Of a stretch of DNA of 64,000 nt, positions 51,811-63,815 are shown piece by piece. The position numbers were made by a program, and so were the translations under genes. Below the pieces are notes generated by a model, which worked only from the letters and a program-made list of their open reading frames with translations, ran no database searches and had not been told where the DNA came from. The number at the start of each line of letters is the position of its first letter. The stretch's first letter is position 1. Origin of the DNA: Podarcis muralis (lineage: Eukaryota); contig NC_135661.1 of assembly GCF_964188315.1 (NCBI RefSeq), positions 51,770,001-51,834,000 on the forward strand. Reading direction: 5' to 3'.

Positions 51811-52529
51811 CATCTTGGCAATTGTGACTGGACTCCATTGGGGAAGAGGAGGAGAGCAGTCAATGGGAAACGGGTGACTGTACTGATGCTATTCTCAAGA
51901 ACAGAACAGAAAAACCTAGGAAGCTGCCTTATACCGAGTCAGACCATTTTGTATCATCTACAATGCCTGGAAGCCATTCCCCAGGATTTCAGGGCAAGGT
52001 CTTTCACAGCTCTACCTGGAAATGTTGGGAGTGGAACCTGGGACCTTCTGTATGCAGAGCAGATGCTCTGCTGCTGAGTTACATCCCTTCCCCAATATGA
52101 TTTACACTACGTCAGACTGCCTTGTCCAGGGATTGTGAGCCTGTGGCTCTCCAGCTGCTGCTGGGCTACAGCTCCATCATCCCTGACCATAAGCCATGCT
52201 GGTTGCAGCTGAAAAACAGCTAGAGACCAACCTGATGTTATGCTTATGAAGGGCAGCAAATCCTTTCTAGTTTGGGATAATTCAGTCCCCACTGGTAGTA
52301 GGCCTCTGCTTTTCAGGGCAGAGAACTTTCCCAATCCCATATCTGAGAACTTAAGAAGTATCTGCTGGATCAGGCCAGTGGCTCATCTAGTCCAACACCC
52401 TGTCCTCACAGATCTCCATGGGACAACTGCAAGCTGGACATGAGTTCAACAGCACTCTGGCACACTTGTGATTCCCTGTAACTGGTATTCAGAGGCACGA
52501 TGCCTCTGACAGTGGAGGCAGAACAGTGC

Positions 52530-52870
52530 CTTATCCTGCATGAATGTGGCTAATCCTCTTTTAAAGCCATCCAAGTTGGTGGCCATCACTGCATCCAGTG
52601 GCAATGAATTCCATATTTTCACTATGTGCAGTCTGGATTAAATACTTCTCTTTGTCTGCCCTGAATTTTCCATGAGTTCTAATGTTATGTGGGCGAAAAA
52701 CCTTCCTCCATCCACTTTCTCCATGCCACACTCCATGCCTCTTACCCTTTTTCTCTATACTCAAAAGGTCCAAATGTTCACAGAGGAGTTGTTCCATCCC
52801 ACTGATAATTCTGGTTGCCCTTTTCTGAACCTTTTCCAACTCTACAATATCCTTGAGGTGAGAAGACCCC
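52530..52870 (-). mobile_element. Degenerate CR1 LINE 3' fragment
   Basis: EKVQKRATRIISGMEQL, plus GCSDGHQLGWL*KRI-type CR1 3' sequence. Confidence 0.75.
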
Positions 52871-53284
52871 CCTGAAATGCACAGTGGCCAGAATCTAGGA
52901 CTTCAATCTGAGATTAAATGCTTCTTCTCTTTATCATGAGTGGCTTTCTCCAGAAGATTTCCTGACCTTCCTTATGTGAAACTAAGATGATCAGTAAAAG
53001 ATTAAAATGTGCATGGGCAGACACACATGAATGTGCCAGGTGTCAAGAGATAATACCTCACGAGAAATAACTATTATGCACACAAAAACAGGGGCGGGGG
53101 GGGGGGAGAAACCTGGGGTGCTAGGAAGGAACCATCCCACCATCTCTCCTGGAGAAAGGCTTTCCTTTGAACCCACTGTCAGGGCTGATAACTCCTGCAA
53201 GAGTTCTCATGTACAAAGCACCACACAATCCTTAGCCATGAAACACAGGCCCTTCCTAGTCCAGAGAAGGCAGAACCTGAAGCT

Positions 53285-53355
53285 GGGGAGGGGGAGGGAG
53301 AGGGAGAGGGAGAGGGAGAGGGAGAGGGAGAGGGAGAGGGAGAGGGAGAGGGAGA
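53285..53355. repeat. (GGGAGA)n hexamer repeat
   Basis: Direct reading, about 10 perfect units. It is (TCTCCC)n on the ESRP2 sense strand. Confidence 0.92.
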
Positions 53356-53673
53356 AAGCCCCATGTCTAATGAGTAGTTGCTCCTACCCATGAGTTTGAG
53401 TTACACCCATATTCTAATAGGCTACAGTCCCATATAAGGCAGAGTTAGCAGTCTTTTCAATGACCAAGACTGAACTTGGATTGAAATCCCCAGGTGGTAT
53501 TCAACAGTAGTCATACTCAGAGTAGATTCAATGAAACTAATGAGCATGTCTAACTACAGTAATACTCTTAATTTGCTCTGTGTTAGGGCTTAATTGAATA
53601 CAACCACAGTGTCCTAAAGCAAAGGGCTAGGACATGGCTGTAGAGATTTTCAAAGTATGTTCCAGGGAACCCT

Positions 53674-53674
<1 letters not shown>

Positions 53675-53713
<39 letters not shown>
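53675..53713. repeat. (GT)n microsatellite
   Basis: Direct reading, ~19 units. It is (CA)n on the ESRP2 sense strand. Confidence 0.92.
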
Positions 53714-53717
<4 letters not shown>

Positions 53718-55775
53718 TACATATATTGAAGCTTTCTAAGAGTTACTTAATGGGACATTTCCCTGAAAAGCATCCTGGCCACATTACTGAGCTTTCCCTT
53801 GCCATATGCAGATGTAGATGACTTGCTTCAGAATAGGCCTACCTTCTGTCTTTGTGGGCTATCTGTGCATTCTAAAACATGCCTCAGGGCTCTGCAACAG
53901 GGGTGGGGGACTTCAGGTGGTGCTGGACAACAGCTCCCATTATCCCCAGCTAGCATGAATCACAGCCAGGGATGATAAGAGCTAGAATCCAGCTACATAC
54001 ATCTGGAGAGCCACATGCTCCCCTGAGCACATATCCTAAAATGTGTGCAGCTTACTTGACAAAATTAGTCAGTGTGGAAAGGCACCACTGAAGGTAGACC
54101 ACCATTAAATTGGAGTGGAGAAAAAGAAAAAAGATGGATATAGTCCTACAATGATGGTGCTCAGATATGTCAATTAACACTAGCCTGACGTTCTGGCTTG
54201 GACATCACATCTTTCTTTAGCACATGCACACACACTCACACACTCCACAAGGTCAACTTAAAACAAGCAAACAAATGCCTACAGTTGAGATTTGACACAC
54301 AGGCTCATACCTACGAGTTTGAACAATACAGTAGCAAAATATGGGTTTGTCCACACAAGTGGTTGCTTGATGTTACTGGAGAATGAAATCTGATACATGT
54401 GTGTTATCCAGTCCCAGAACCCCCACATTTAGCAGCGGCCACAACCCACACTGGTTGCCATATTATGTCTGCAGGATCTGAACAGGAGGTTTCATGCACA
54501 TGGTTGGCTGCAGGATGTGCTCCTCAGCAATAAGGTGATAAAATGACATCTGCAGCATTAAAAATCCCCAGGTGTTTCAGGCAACACAGTCTTTCTGGAG
54601 GAGAGTGATGCCAAATGAAACTCAAACTATATGTAAAGTTAATCCTTCTCAACAGATTTCCTGTGTACTTCTTCGGATAGTTCCCACTGGGGTAGGTCAA
54701 ACTGTCCTGGGGCTTTAGTGCTTCACATGCTGCTTTGGAGATTCTCATGACAAAATACTCCTTGCACAGGCAGGTAGCATATTGGGGGGAAATGAAGAAA
54801 ATACCCAGGGTTGGGGTTTTTGCAGTTACACGCATCGTTCATATGAGTTCCCTTAGCTCAGTGTGTGTGTGTTCGTGTGTAAATTGGAGGCAGACTTAAA
54901 CCAGTATGTGTTTTCTCAAAATGAGCTCTCAGAACAAAGGGCTGGCATCTTCCTTGCAAAGTTGTCAATAATGCAACCTAGTAATGCTGCCTCCCAGGCA
55001 CCCAGCACTTCCCCTGAGGATTGGCCTCACACCTGCCAGCTGTAGTACTGGCTGCATCATCAAAGGAACTTGGTGCTTCCTTATTCCCTTGGAATGATGC
55101 AGTCTCAGTATTGTAGAAGAGGGAAGAGAGATCAACGCTGTGCACTTCGGACAAGGGGGTGGGGAACTTGTTGCCCTCCATATGTTGCTGGACTTTTAAC
55201 TCCCATCAGCTCCAGCTCACACAGCCAGTGGTCTTGGATGATGGGAGTCGGAGTCTAGCAACATCCGGAGGGTCACAGGTGCCCCCTTCTCCTGCTCTAC
55301 ATATAACCACAAAGCATGGTAAATTGGAAGAACTGGTCATGACCATTGAAACTTGTCCTTCAGTGCCCCAATTGATAATGTTTTGCCTTCATTGCCTTAC
55401 GTCCAACAGCAGAAAGATCCTGTTACATGCATATATGCCAGAAAGCAGTCAATATGATCATGTTAGCTTAAAACAAGAGAACCCTTACGGAGTGGAGAGA
55501 GAATGCCAAGCAGACAAAATCGCCAGCATTCCCTTTCTCCTCCAGAGGTCTCCAGCATCATTGCCACCATTAGGTTAGTTGATTCATGCCAGGCGCCGAA
55601 GCAAGGGAATGTTAGTGAGCAGAGTCCCCACCACAAGCTAGGAAGGGAGGATGCAAGGAGGAAAAAACCAATTTCCCACCACTCCCAGCCGATCATTTTG
55701 CCCTCTTTCCAATCACCACCAAAAGGCTCCACCTTCTGCCAATCTGAGCTTACCTTCACTGGAGGTTACAAACAC

Positions 55776-55865
55776 TTACAAACAAACCCAGTCTTTCGGT
55801 GCTTGTAACACACTCCTTGCTTGGTCGTTGATCTGAATAAGGCCATTGTAGTCGTCAGGTGCATA
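55776..55865 (-). CDS. ESRP2: ESRP2 stop-containing penultimate exon, coding part (exon extends to 55754)
   Basis: ctgtag|TAT acceptor. Encodes YAPDDYNGLIQINDQARSVLQAPKDWVCL* (ESRP1/2 C-terminal WVC motif). Donor GAAG|gtaagc at 55753. Not in the ORF track. Confidence 0.92.
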   Translation of the reverse strand, partial: YAPDDYNGLIQINDQARSVLQAPKDWVCL

Positions 55866-58800
55866 CTACAGTACAAGTGTGATACATAAGGTCAGCAAGA
55901 GAAGGGGCAGGTCATCTTGTTACCAGCAAGCCACACAGACCAGCACTTGCAAATGTCATTAGGGAAGGGGTGGGGAGGAGTCATGGCTACAATTGTCAGA
56001 GGAAGATACAAGTCAGGCACTGGGTCCACCTAGCTCAGTGTCGTCCACTCTATTCCGGCTCCAGTATTTCGTGCAGAGAAGGGTTTTAACCTTCGCCTGC
56101 TACCTGAGCCTTTCAACTGGAGAGAGAAGGGATTGAACCTGGGACCTTCTGCATGCAAAGCAAGTGCTATTTTACCCAATAAACTATGTTGGCTGCCTGT
56201 CTCCAGGATCTCAGAAGCAAGGGTCTGCCCCAGCACAATGTTTTGAATGGGGATGCCAAAGAGCAGCGTACATTCTCAGGCCCTTTGTTTCTTTGGGAAG
56301 CCCCTTGTCCCCATGCCCTGGAGGCATCCACCTGAGGTGCCAGAATCTATGTAAGCAAAAGCATGGCACAACCTACAGGACACCATCAGAAGTCTAGCTA
56401 ATGCTTGGGCACCTTTAGATCACATTCCAGGTAGCACTTATGTTTTTAAAGTCACCCATAAGCCTCTTTACAAAAGCTGCAACTGTCAGAGATCCAATCT
56501 ATAAAGCTGGGTTAAGCAACAGCAAGGCATACTATGTTACAAGCCCAGAGTGTCCTGGGAAAACTAAAATGTATTCTTGGATTGTGACAAATAAGAAACA
56601 AACAAACAAACAAAAACTGAATTAAGTCACATTAAAAACATTTTAAAAATAGTCCATGGATCTACAGAGCAGAGCTAGTTTCTGACTTGGGCAACTTGAC
56701 CAGTCAGACCAAGCCCTGGAATTAACACCAGATGTATTAGCAAACTATGAACACTCATTAATGGCCTAGTGTTAAAATGCAACCCCGTGTCATCTGTCAA
56801 ACACTGCCAAGCACCAGCTGTTAAATATTATAAGGGTGATGAAAGCAAACACCAAAATATAATTTAATTGGATGACAAAAGGTTGATTTCAAAATACAAC
56901 CTGTGAATGGTTCACAAATATTGGACATCAAATCTCAGAGCGGTTTTGGAAGCAAATTGGGAAACACAGTTCTAGAATTGTAAGAACTAGACGCTCCCTC
57001 CCCCCCAAAAAAGTTCATTTTTCCAAAGCTTCAAGTTTCACACCCAAAGAAAGAACAACATACAGAAGAGGTTCTCCACTCCTCCATGCCCTCAATCCTA
57101 TATAGACAAAACCATAAACTAGGAGATGTTTCTGAAATGCATCAAGAACAAGTCAGGCAAGATGCTAGGTTTCTAAAGAAACCCAGAGCAGAGAAGACAT
57201 CTTTGTGCAAGCATCTATTTGAAAGAAAAGGAAGTCCACCACAATGAGGTCTCCTGTCCTGTTAAGTGGGGACCAGAGATAGAGAATGCATATGCCTCTG
57301 GCATTTTGCCATCACTTTGTGTCACTGCCCCCCTCAATCTTTCTGCTTCTCAGTGATATCTGGTCATCATGTCCTATTGGAAAGCTGCAGGGGCAGACAC
57401 AATAAGACCCCTTTTACTTCCTGGGAAGGTGAGGCAGTACTAAAGCTCAGTATAGGTTGGAAAAATAAGCACATATATGTGGAAGTGGATAGCGGTCTTT
57501 AAGCGCTTGTTTATTCATGAGAAGACATGGGGAAGAAACCTTCACCAGGTGTCATTTTGAAACCAGATGGTGGACCAAAATGCAACTCAGACATGATTTC
57601 ATCTATTCTTTTTTTTTGCATGGGTTCAGCTCTTCTCATTATACCATTGCCGAACTTGACATGAGGGTTCCCAGGGTGGGATGGCAGTCTTTTTAGCATT
57701 TGGATGCCAGCCACCATTTTGAATCACGATGGCAGACCAAAATGTGACCTTGGTGTGACTTCACCCCAATTTTTGGTGTGATGGGTCCAAATTTACAACC
57801 TGCACTATCCATTTAAAAATCACATTTTTTTTGTTTCTAAAGATACATGGGCAATGCCACTCACTCTTCACTAGTGAATAAATAGAACAGACGCTATACT
57901 ATTTTGCTGCAAGGATGTATTATAACCCTTCCACCAGCCGTACAGAATCAAGCTTCAATACTACTGCAGTGGGAAGTCAGAATTTATGTTTCAGCTTTGT
58001 GCACCATGCTACAAACTGCCTTATGCTGCACAGTAAGAACTGTGACGCTGTAATGGGCCCAGACAGCGCCCTTGAGAAATGCAGAACAGTGTAATCTAGA
58101 GTCATTTAGCTTCTATGCAAGATGTCACACTTTCAAACTGTCAGGGCAACACCCTTTAAATAACCTCCCCTGCATCCCAACCCGATTCAATCAATCATTC
58201 TCACACTGATCCACACTGGCCAATGGCAGCAATGCCTCCAAATACAGCACTAAGTTCTAAGCATGACAAACAGCAAGAAGATAATTCAATTAGATGTAGC
58301 AGCGCAGGCCGAGTTCAGAAATAGATTACAGAATGAGATAAGGAGGAATTCATTTTTCGAGAGACCCTAGAATAGGGTAGGGCTGCTTAAGGAGATTTGG
58401 GGGAAGATTATAATTTGTAAGAACACCTGTTTGGCAAGAATGAGGACCTAAAGAAGGATGATGAAAGCACACAAGTATTCTCACATAAAAATGGTGGTTT
58501 GGAGGAAACAAAACAGAAGATAATGCACACTGAAAATAATCAATTATTCCCAATTTTTAAAAATCATTTTTACAGCTGCAACTTTGAATTGATCAAAAGC
58601 ATCTGGATAGACTAAAACAGGGGTGGGAAATCTCAGGCCTGGGTGGGAAATCCTCCCAGGTTGGAATGTTTCCTTGATCTCTGACAATGCCTCTTGCATA
58701 CCTGGAGGATAGAGGGCTGTGCTGAGTGTATGGAGAAACTAGCCAACCATAACAAAGGTTAAAAATAAACCACATTCTTGCTCTATCCACTTTTGCCTCG

Positions 58801-59670
58801 GGCATGCAGTCACCAGAAGACTGCCCAGAAGGGAATATGGCCCTTGGTTTGAAAATGGTTCCCCATCCCTAGACTTAAAAAGAAAAGAGAGCTGTTCCCA
58901 ATAAGTTCAACATAAGGTTGCTGTTAGTCTCTCCCCCCTCCCCATTTAATGCAAATGTTTTGAAAACTGAATGGCAAATTTTGTCTTATAAGGCGTTCAT
59001 CTTTCCTCTCTGCAAGATTTGTCCATTTGCAAGCCTTGTCTGTATCATCTTTTCCCCTTAGAAGAATGGCTTCTCATGTGTATGCAAATTGGATGATAAT
59101 ATAAAGATGGAATTAGCCCTACATAGTTGATGGGACACCATTTCATTTACATGTATGACTGGCAAAGGAAACAACTGCTGGCAATTATAAAAGAAGTGGG
59201 ACCTGAAAGAAGATGTTGAAGTGTATCCTTTCCAGCTAGAAGGAGTACTCCTGATTCCAAACTGGCCATTTTCTCCAAAACAAGGCATTTCACTCCCAAT
59301 CCCCTTTTCCAGCAGATACCCAACATTCTGTGGTTACCCAGATACGAAGCCCTTGTGCTATTTTTGTTGGTTGGTGGTTTGTTTGTCTTTGTACCCTTAG
59401 GGTCCCTTCTTCATTTAAAACAAATTCTGCAAATGTTGGGATTGTCCCAGGCATGAAGATTCTTCCTTCTCAGTGGCCCTGGTTTGACTTCCTTCCTGTT
59501 AGCCTTCACTAGACCTGAACAGGAGTGATCCTCACTGCAACGTTTTGCTGCAGGATCCGCTTGATTAAATGTGGAAACTGCATGATGCAAGAAGTTCCGG
59601 CTGCAGCTCTCAGCTGAGAGGCTGCCTGGTGACACAGACGGTGAAGCAAAGGTAGAAACCCAAGACTAAC

Positions 59671-59848
59671 CTGATATCCCTGGAAGAAACTGAGGATTTC
59701 CTTCATTCCTGCATTATAGGGCAATCCCTGCATCCGGACAAGGGCACCAGGCTGAGGCAGCATTGGAGTGTGCGTGGCTGAGGCAGCGGCTGCAACTGCT
59801 GCTTGGGGTGCTGTGATGTACCCTACTGTGGTCGGGGACACCGGTGGG
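59671..59848 (-). CDS. ESRP2: ESRP2 exon ending in a half-RRM ([25 protein letters not shown])
   Basis: tttccag|C acceptor after a 94-nt intron, and a phase-0 donor CAG|gttagt. Confidence 0.94.
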
Positions 59849-59942
59849 CTGGAAAGAAAGGAAAATGGTTGGTCCAAGGGCACATGCAGGTGCAAAAAGT
59901 TCACCCTATCTGGAAAAGTTACCAGCCTAAACAGGATAGTAC

Positions 59943-60162
59943 CTGGGGTAGTAAGCTGTGTAGTTCATGTAAAGTTGAGCAGCCTGAGTTGGGTAGTAGG
60001 TCACAGCTGGACTAGCGGCGGCGGCAGCGGCAGCAGCGGCAACAGCAGCCGAAGCCTGCTGGGACCTGGTTTGAGGCAAGAGCGCTTGCGACTGATATAA
60101 TGCCGCTTCTGTTGGGATCACGGCGGCAGCTGTCTGGAAGGCATAGGCTGGAGGAGAAAGAC
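59943..60162 (-). CDS. ESRP2: ESRP2 exon (Ala/Tyr/Pro-rich linker with poly-Ala)
   Basis: atccacag|GT acceptor and AG|gtacta donor. Encodes [23 protein letters not shown]...[11 protein letters not shown]...[10 protein letters not shown]. Confidence 0.93.
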
Positions 60163-62725
60163 CTGTGGATAAAGATCACAAAACAAAACCCCAAAAGCAA
60201 GTTAGCAAAGACAGAATCCATTGGACAGGTGAGGCCCCGGCCCTCTGTCCCAGGAGCTGCTGGCGGGAAAACTTCCAAGTGGAGTTCCAGCCTTTTGAGT
60301 AGGTATAAAATTGAGGGGTAGGTTGCTAGTTACTACCATCATTGCTACTAGTGGCTGCCATTACTTGCTGGTTGCTACTATCATGGCATTAGGGGCTAGA
60401 ATGGTGGACAAGGAACCTGGGAGACCCTGGTTCAAATCTCCACACAGAGCCTACTAGGTGATCTTGGGCCAGTCACTGCCTCTCAGCCTAACCATACCGC
60501 ACAGAGTTGTTGTCAGGATAAAGTGGGGAGGGGGAGAACTGTGTCTGCCACATGAATGTAATAAATAAAGTTTTGGGCAGCTATGGGAAATTAACTGGTG
60601 TGCTGGTAAACTTTATGTCGGCTTACATTTCCTTTTATATTTTAAGCGAACTGTTACTTGTTGAACAGTTAGGGATATTGTGATATCAATACATTTAATT
60701 ACACATTATGTTTATCATGCTGTTGTATTTTGACTTTTTTTTGTAAACCACTTTGAGTACACATCTGTGGAAAATGCTATATACAAACAAACCGCATGAC
60801 CGAAGTGCAAATGTGGAGTACAAGTTCACACTTTGAAAGGTGAAACTGGTGAGCAAAAGCTTATGTGATGGGCAGTGCATGGTCATCTGTTCAGAATCCT
60901 CATCAATGAGTTTCGCAGGTTTTTTGTCCTTTCTCGGGAGTAGCAAGGCAAGTTTCTGGTTCTCATTGTTTTAAGTCAGTGGTGGGGATCCTGTCCCCAC
61001 AGGCTTATTTTGGCCATTTCCCCCAAGCCATGTCCTTGATGTCATACGTGACATGTGCCTCCCTCCCAAAAGCTGATTTTACTATTGATCAGCAGCACCT
61101 GAAAATCCCCATGCCTTTGACACGCATGGTTTGTTTCACACAGGAAAGGAAAAGGTGACAGATGACTCTGCCCACCAGTTAAAATGGCCCATTGGGCTTT
61201 GGGAAGGTCAGGATCTAGCCCACTGACTAGGCCCAGCATCTTGATTTAAGTATAAACATGAGTGAACCATTTCTTCTAATATGTGTTAAAAGCCAGCAAA
61301 TGTATTGCTGAGTTACTTTACTGAAAGTAGTTCACGGATGTGTGCGTACATTGCAGTATGTTAAAAGAATATGCATGCATTTGTAGGCCTTATTGTATGT
61401 TGTGCTTATTATAAATGGACCCTCATTGCATATTCTACTTTATTGGAAAGCTTGGTGTGTCCTCTTGGGGCTTTATTTTCTGGCTGTTGTTTTTCCTCCT
61501 GTCTGTAAAAAGCAACTTAAGATTGGTAGGCTTGGCAGCATAAGCTCAACAGTCACTGTGGCATCAAAACAGCAATAGTTGCTTTTAGCCCTGGAAACAA
61601 CTGGTCTATATTTTTTCACAATCCTTGTCTCAACTACATTTTAAGCCATGAGCTGTCTAGCAAAATGTGGAAGTCACCTACCCATACTTTCAAGTTCTGG
61701 CTCTTAAGCCACCCTTTTATTGTCCTTCAACAAAACAAAACCCAAATGCCAAGCTGCAGATATCATTGCTTTGGTGTGCAATAAATCCAGCCACACTGTT
61801 TATAAAGTGTTTTAAGACCGTGAAAATGCATTGTTTCATCACTCAGTTTTGGTCCATCAAAACCCTTGTCCCAATAGATGCTCTGTCTTCAACAACAAGC
61901 TGTGTCCCTGAAGACCAGCACCTCCCTACTGCAAAGAGGTAGTAGGAGATTAATCTCATTGGCAGCTGCAGAGCAAATTGCTTCAATTAAAAAAAGAAAA
62001 GCACAAAAAATGTAACTGCCAAGCAAGCTCTGCTAAAGGTGAAATTTATTGCAGAGATTTTTTGGGGTAATGAGGTTAACACAGTCCCCCAATGAAAGCA
62101 AAGTACATAATAATTTGGGGGGCATCTCTAGCTACCAATACTCCCCAAATATTTTAAAATACAGGGCTGCAGGAAACCAATGCAACCCTTCATCTAACAC
62201 TACACAATGAAACTAAGCATAGTTACTTAAAAGTATGTTCCACTGGCTGCAATCCTATGTAGACTTTCCTGGGAGTAAGTCCGACTGAACTTATCAGGAC
62301 TTAACTTTCTAATAAACGTACATTGCACTGTTAGCTGGTTAGAATAGTTCAGGCCAGTTTTAACTGGCAAGCGTTATTTTTTATTACATTTCTGTCTTTC
62401 CTTTCTTCCATTATTGAACTTCCTACAGACATTATTTGGTGTTAAGATTGGCTTGGGATGGGGGCTCTCTTCTTAATTCCACCACCACCACCTGAAGCGT
62501 GGGGAATGGTGGTAACCCCAAATTGTGGAAATCACACTCCACAAAGATGCACCTACACACTATCATGACTCAGCTTCCACTGTATTCCCATCTGTCAGGG
62601 AGTCTTAAGCTGTCATTCCTGCATTGCTGGGGGGTGGACTAGATGACCCTTGGTCCCCCAACTCTACAATTCTATGGCTGCATGATTCTAAGCTGAAGCT
62701 GCACCTTCTTGCCACAGCTTTTGAC

Positions 62726-63070
62726 ATGTTTGAAGGAGCGTCTCCACCCCCATCATTCTGCCCGGATGCTGAGGTCCAGCGCCGAGGGCCTTCTGGCGGT
62801 TCCCTCATTGCGAGAAGTGAGGTTACAGGGAACCAGGCAGAGGGCCTTCTCGGTAGTGGCGCCCGCCCTGTGGAACGCCCTTCCAGCAGATGTCAAAGCG
62901 ATAAACAACTACCTGACATTCAGAAGACATCTTAAGGCAGCCCTGTTCAGGGAAGTTTTTAATGTGTGATATTTTACTGTATTTGTGGTTTTTATGGAAG
63001 CCGCCCAGAGTGGCTGGGGAGGCCCAGCCAGATGGGCGGGGTATAAATAATAAATTATTATTACTATTAT
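62726..63070 (+). mobile_element. LINE (L2-like) 3' end
   Basis: ORF2-like remnant QRAFSVVAPALWNALP...LTFRRHLKAALFREVF, then gggcggggtataaataataaattattatt tail. Confidence 0.72.
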
Positions 63071-63815
63071 GTTTATTTTTTGGGGTGGGGGGGCACTATT
63101 TTGTTTTATTTAACCTATTTTGTGCTGCTTTTTTAAGAATTGTTATGCATTTTATGATTTATTTTTTACAAATGGCTTTACAGTACTTGTTTTTAATTGT
63201 AGGATTATATTGTTGTGACCCGCCTTAGGACCTTATGGTGAAAGGCAGGTAACAAATCTTATAAACAAACATGCAAAATAAATGAAACTCAGGATAGGGG
63301 TTCATGTGGATTAAAAGAGGGTAGGACAAATTCATGGAGGATAAGCAAATTTGCTCTATCATGTGCCCTCAAGACCATGCCCTGGGTATGCTTATATTAG
63401 GGCTGTGAAAGTTTATTACAGATATCCTTCCCTTCTAGCAATGAATGACAGTCTCCTCCCCCCTAAAAATAATAATAAATAAGTTACCCTTGACTTCCTC
63501 AAAAAAGGCACCTACATTGAGAGGTTGCCGATACACATACTCAATTCATTAAGATAAATAAATCAAAAGTATAGTTAAAAGGCAGGTGATCAATCAGCTA
63601 AAATTATTGAAGCGGTCGACAGCCCTAACAGCTTCAGAATCACATCTGATTTGGGGCCCAGCTTCCAATCCCAGCCTATTCACGGAGGAGTGATTACAGA
63701 CTGCAACTCAACCCAAGACAGAGAGGGCAAGACCCCCACCGCAGCGCCATCAGCACCTACCAGAGCGTCCCCCGTTAGCAGCACAGAAGAGAGCAGAAGA
63801 ACTTGGGAGACTTAC

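Noticed and set aside
53031-53393. ORFs with RERERE / SPSPSP runs
   Set aside because: Translations of the (GGGAGA)n microsatellite.
55033-55103. Exon-like block in the last ESRP2 intron (CAG|gtgtga donor)
   Set aside because: Poor GAG acceptor, 71 nt (frame-breaking), and no recognisable peptide.
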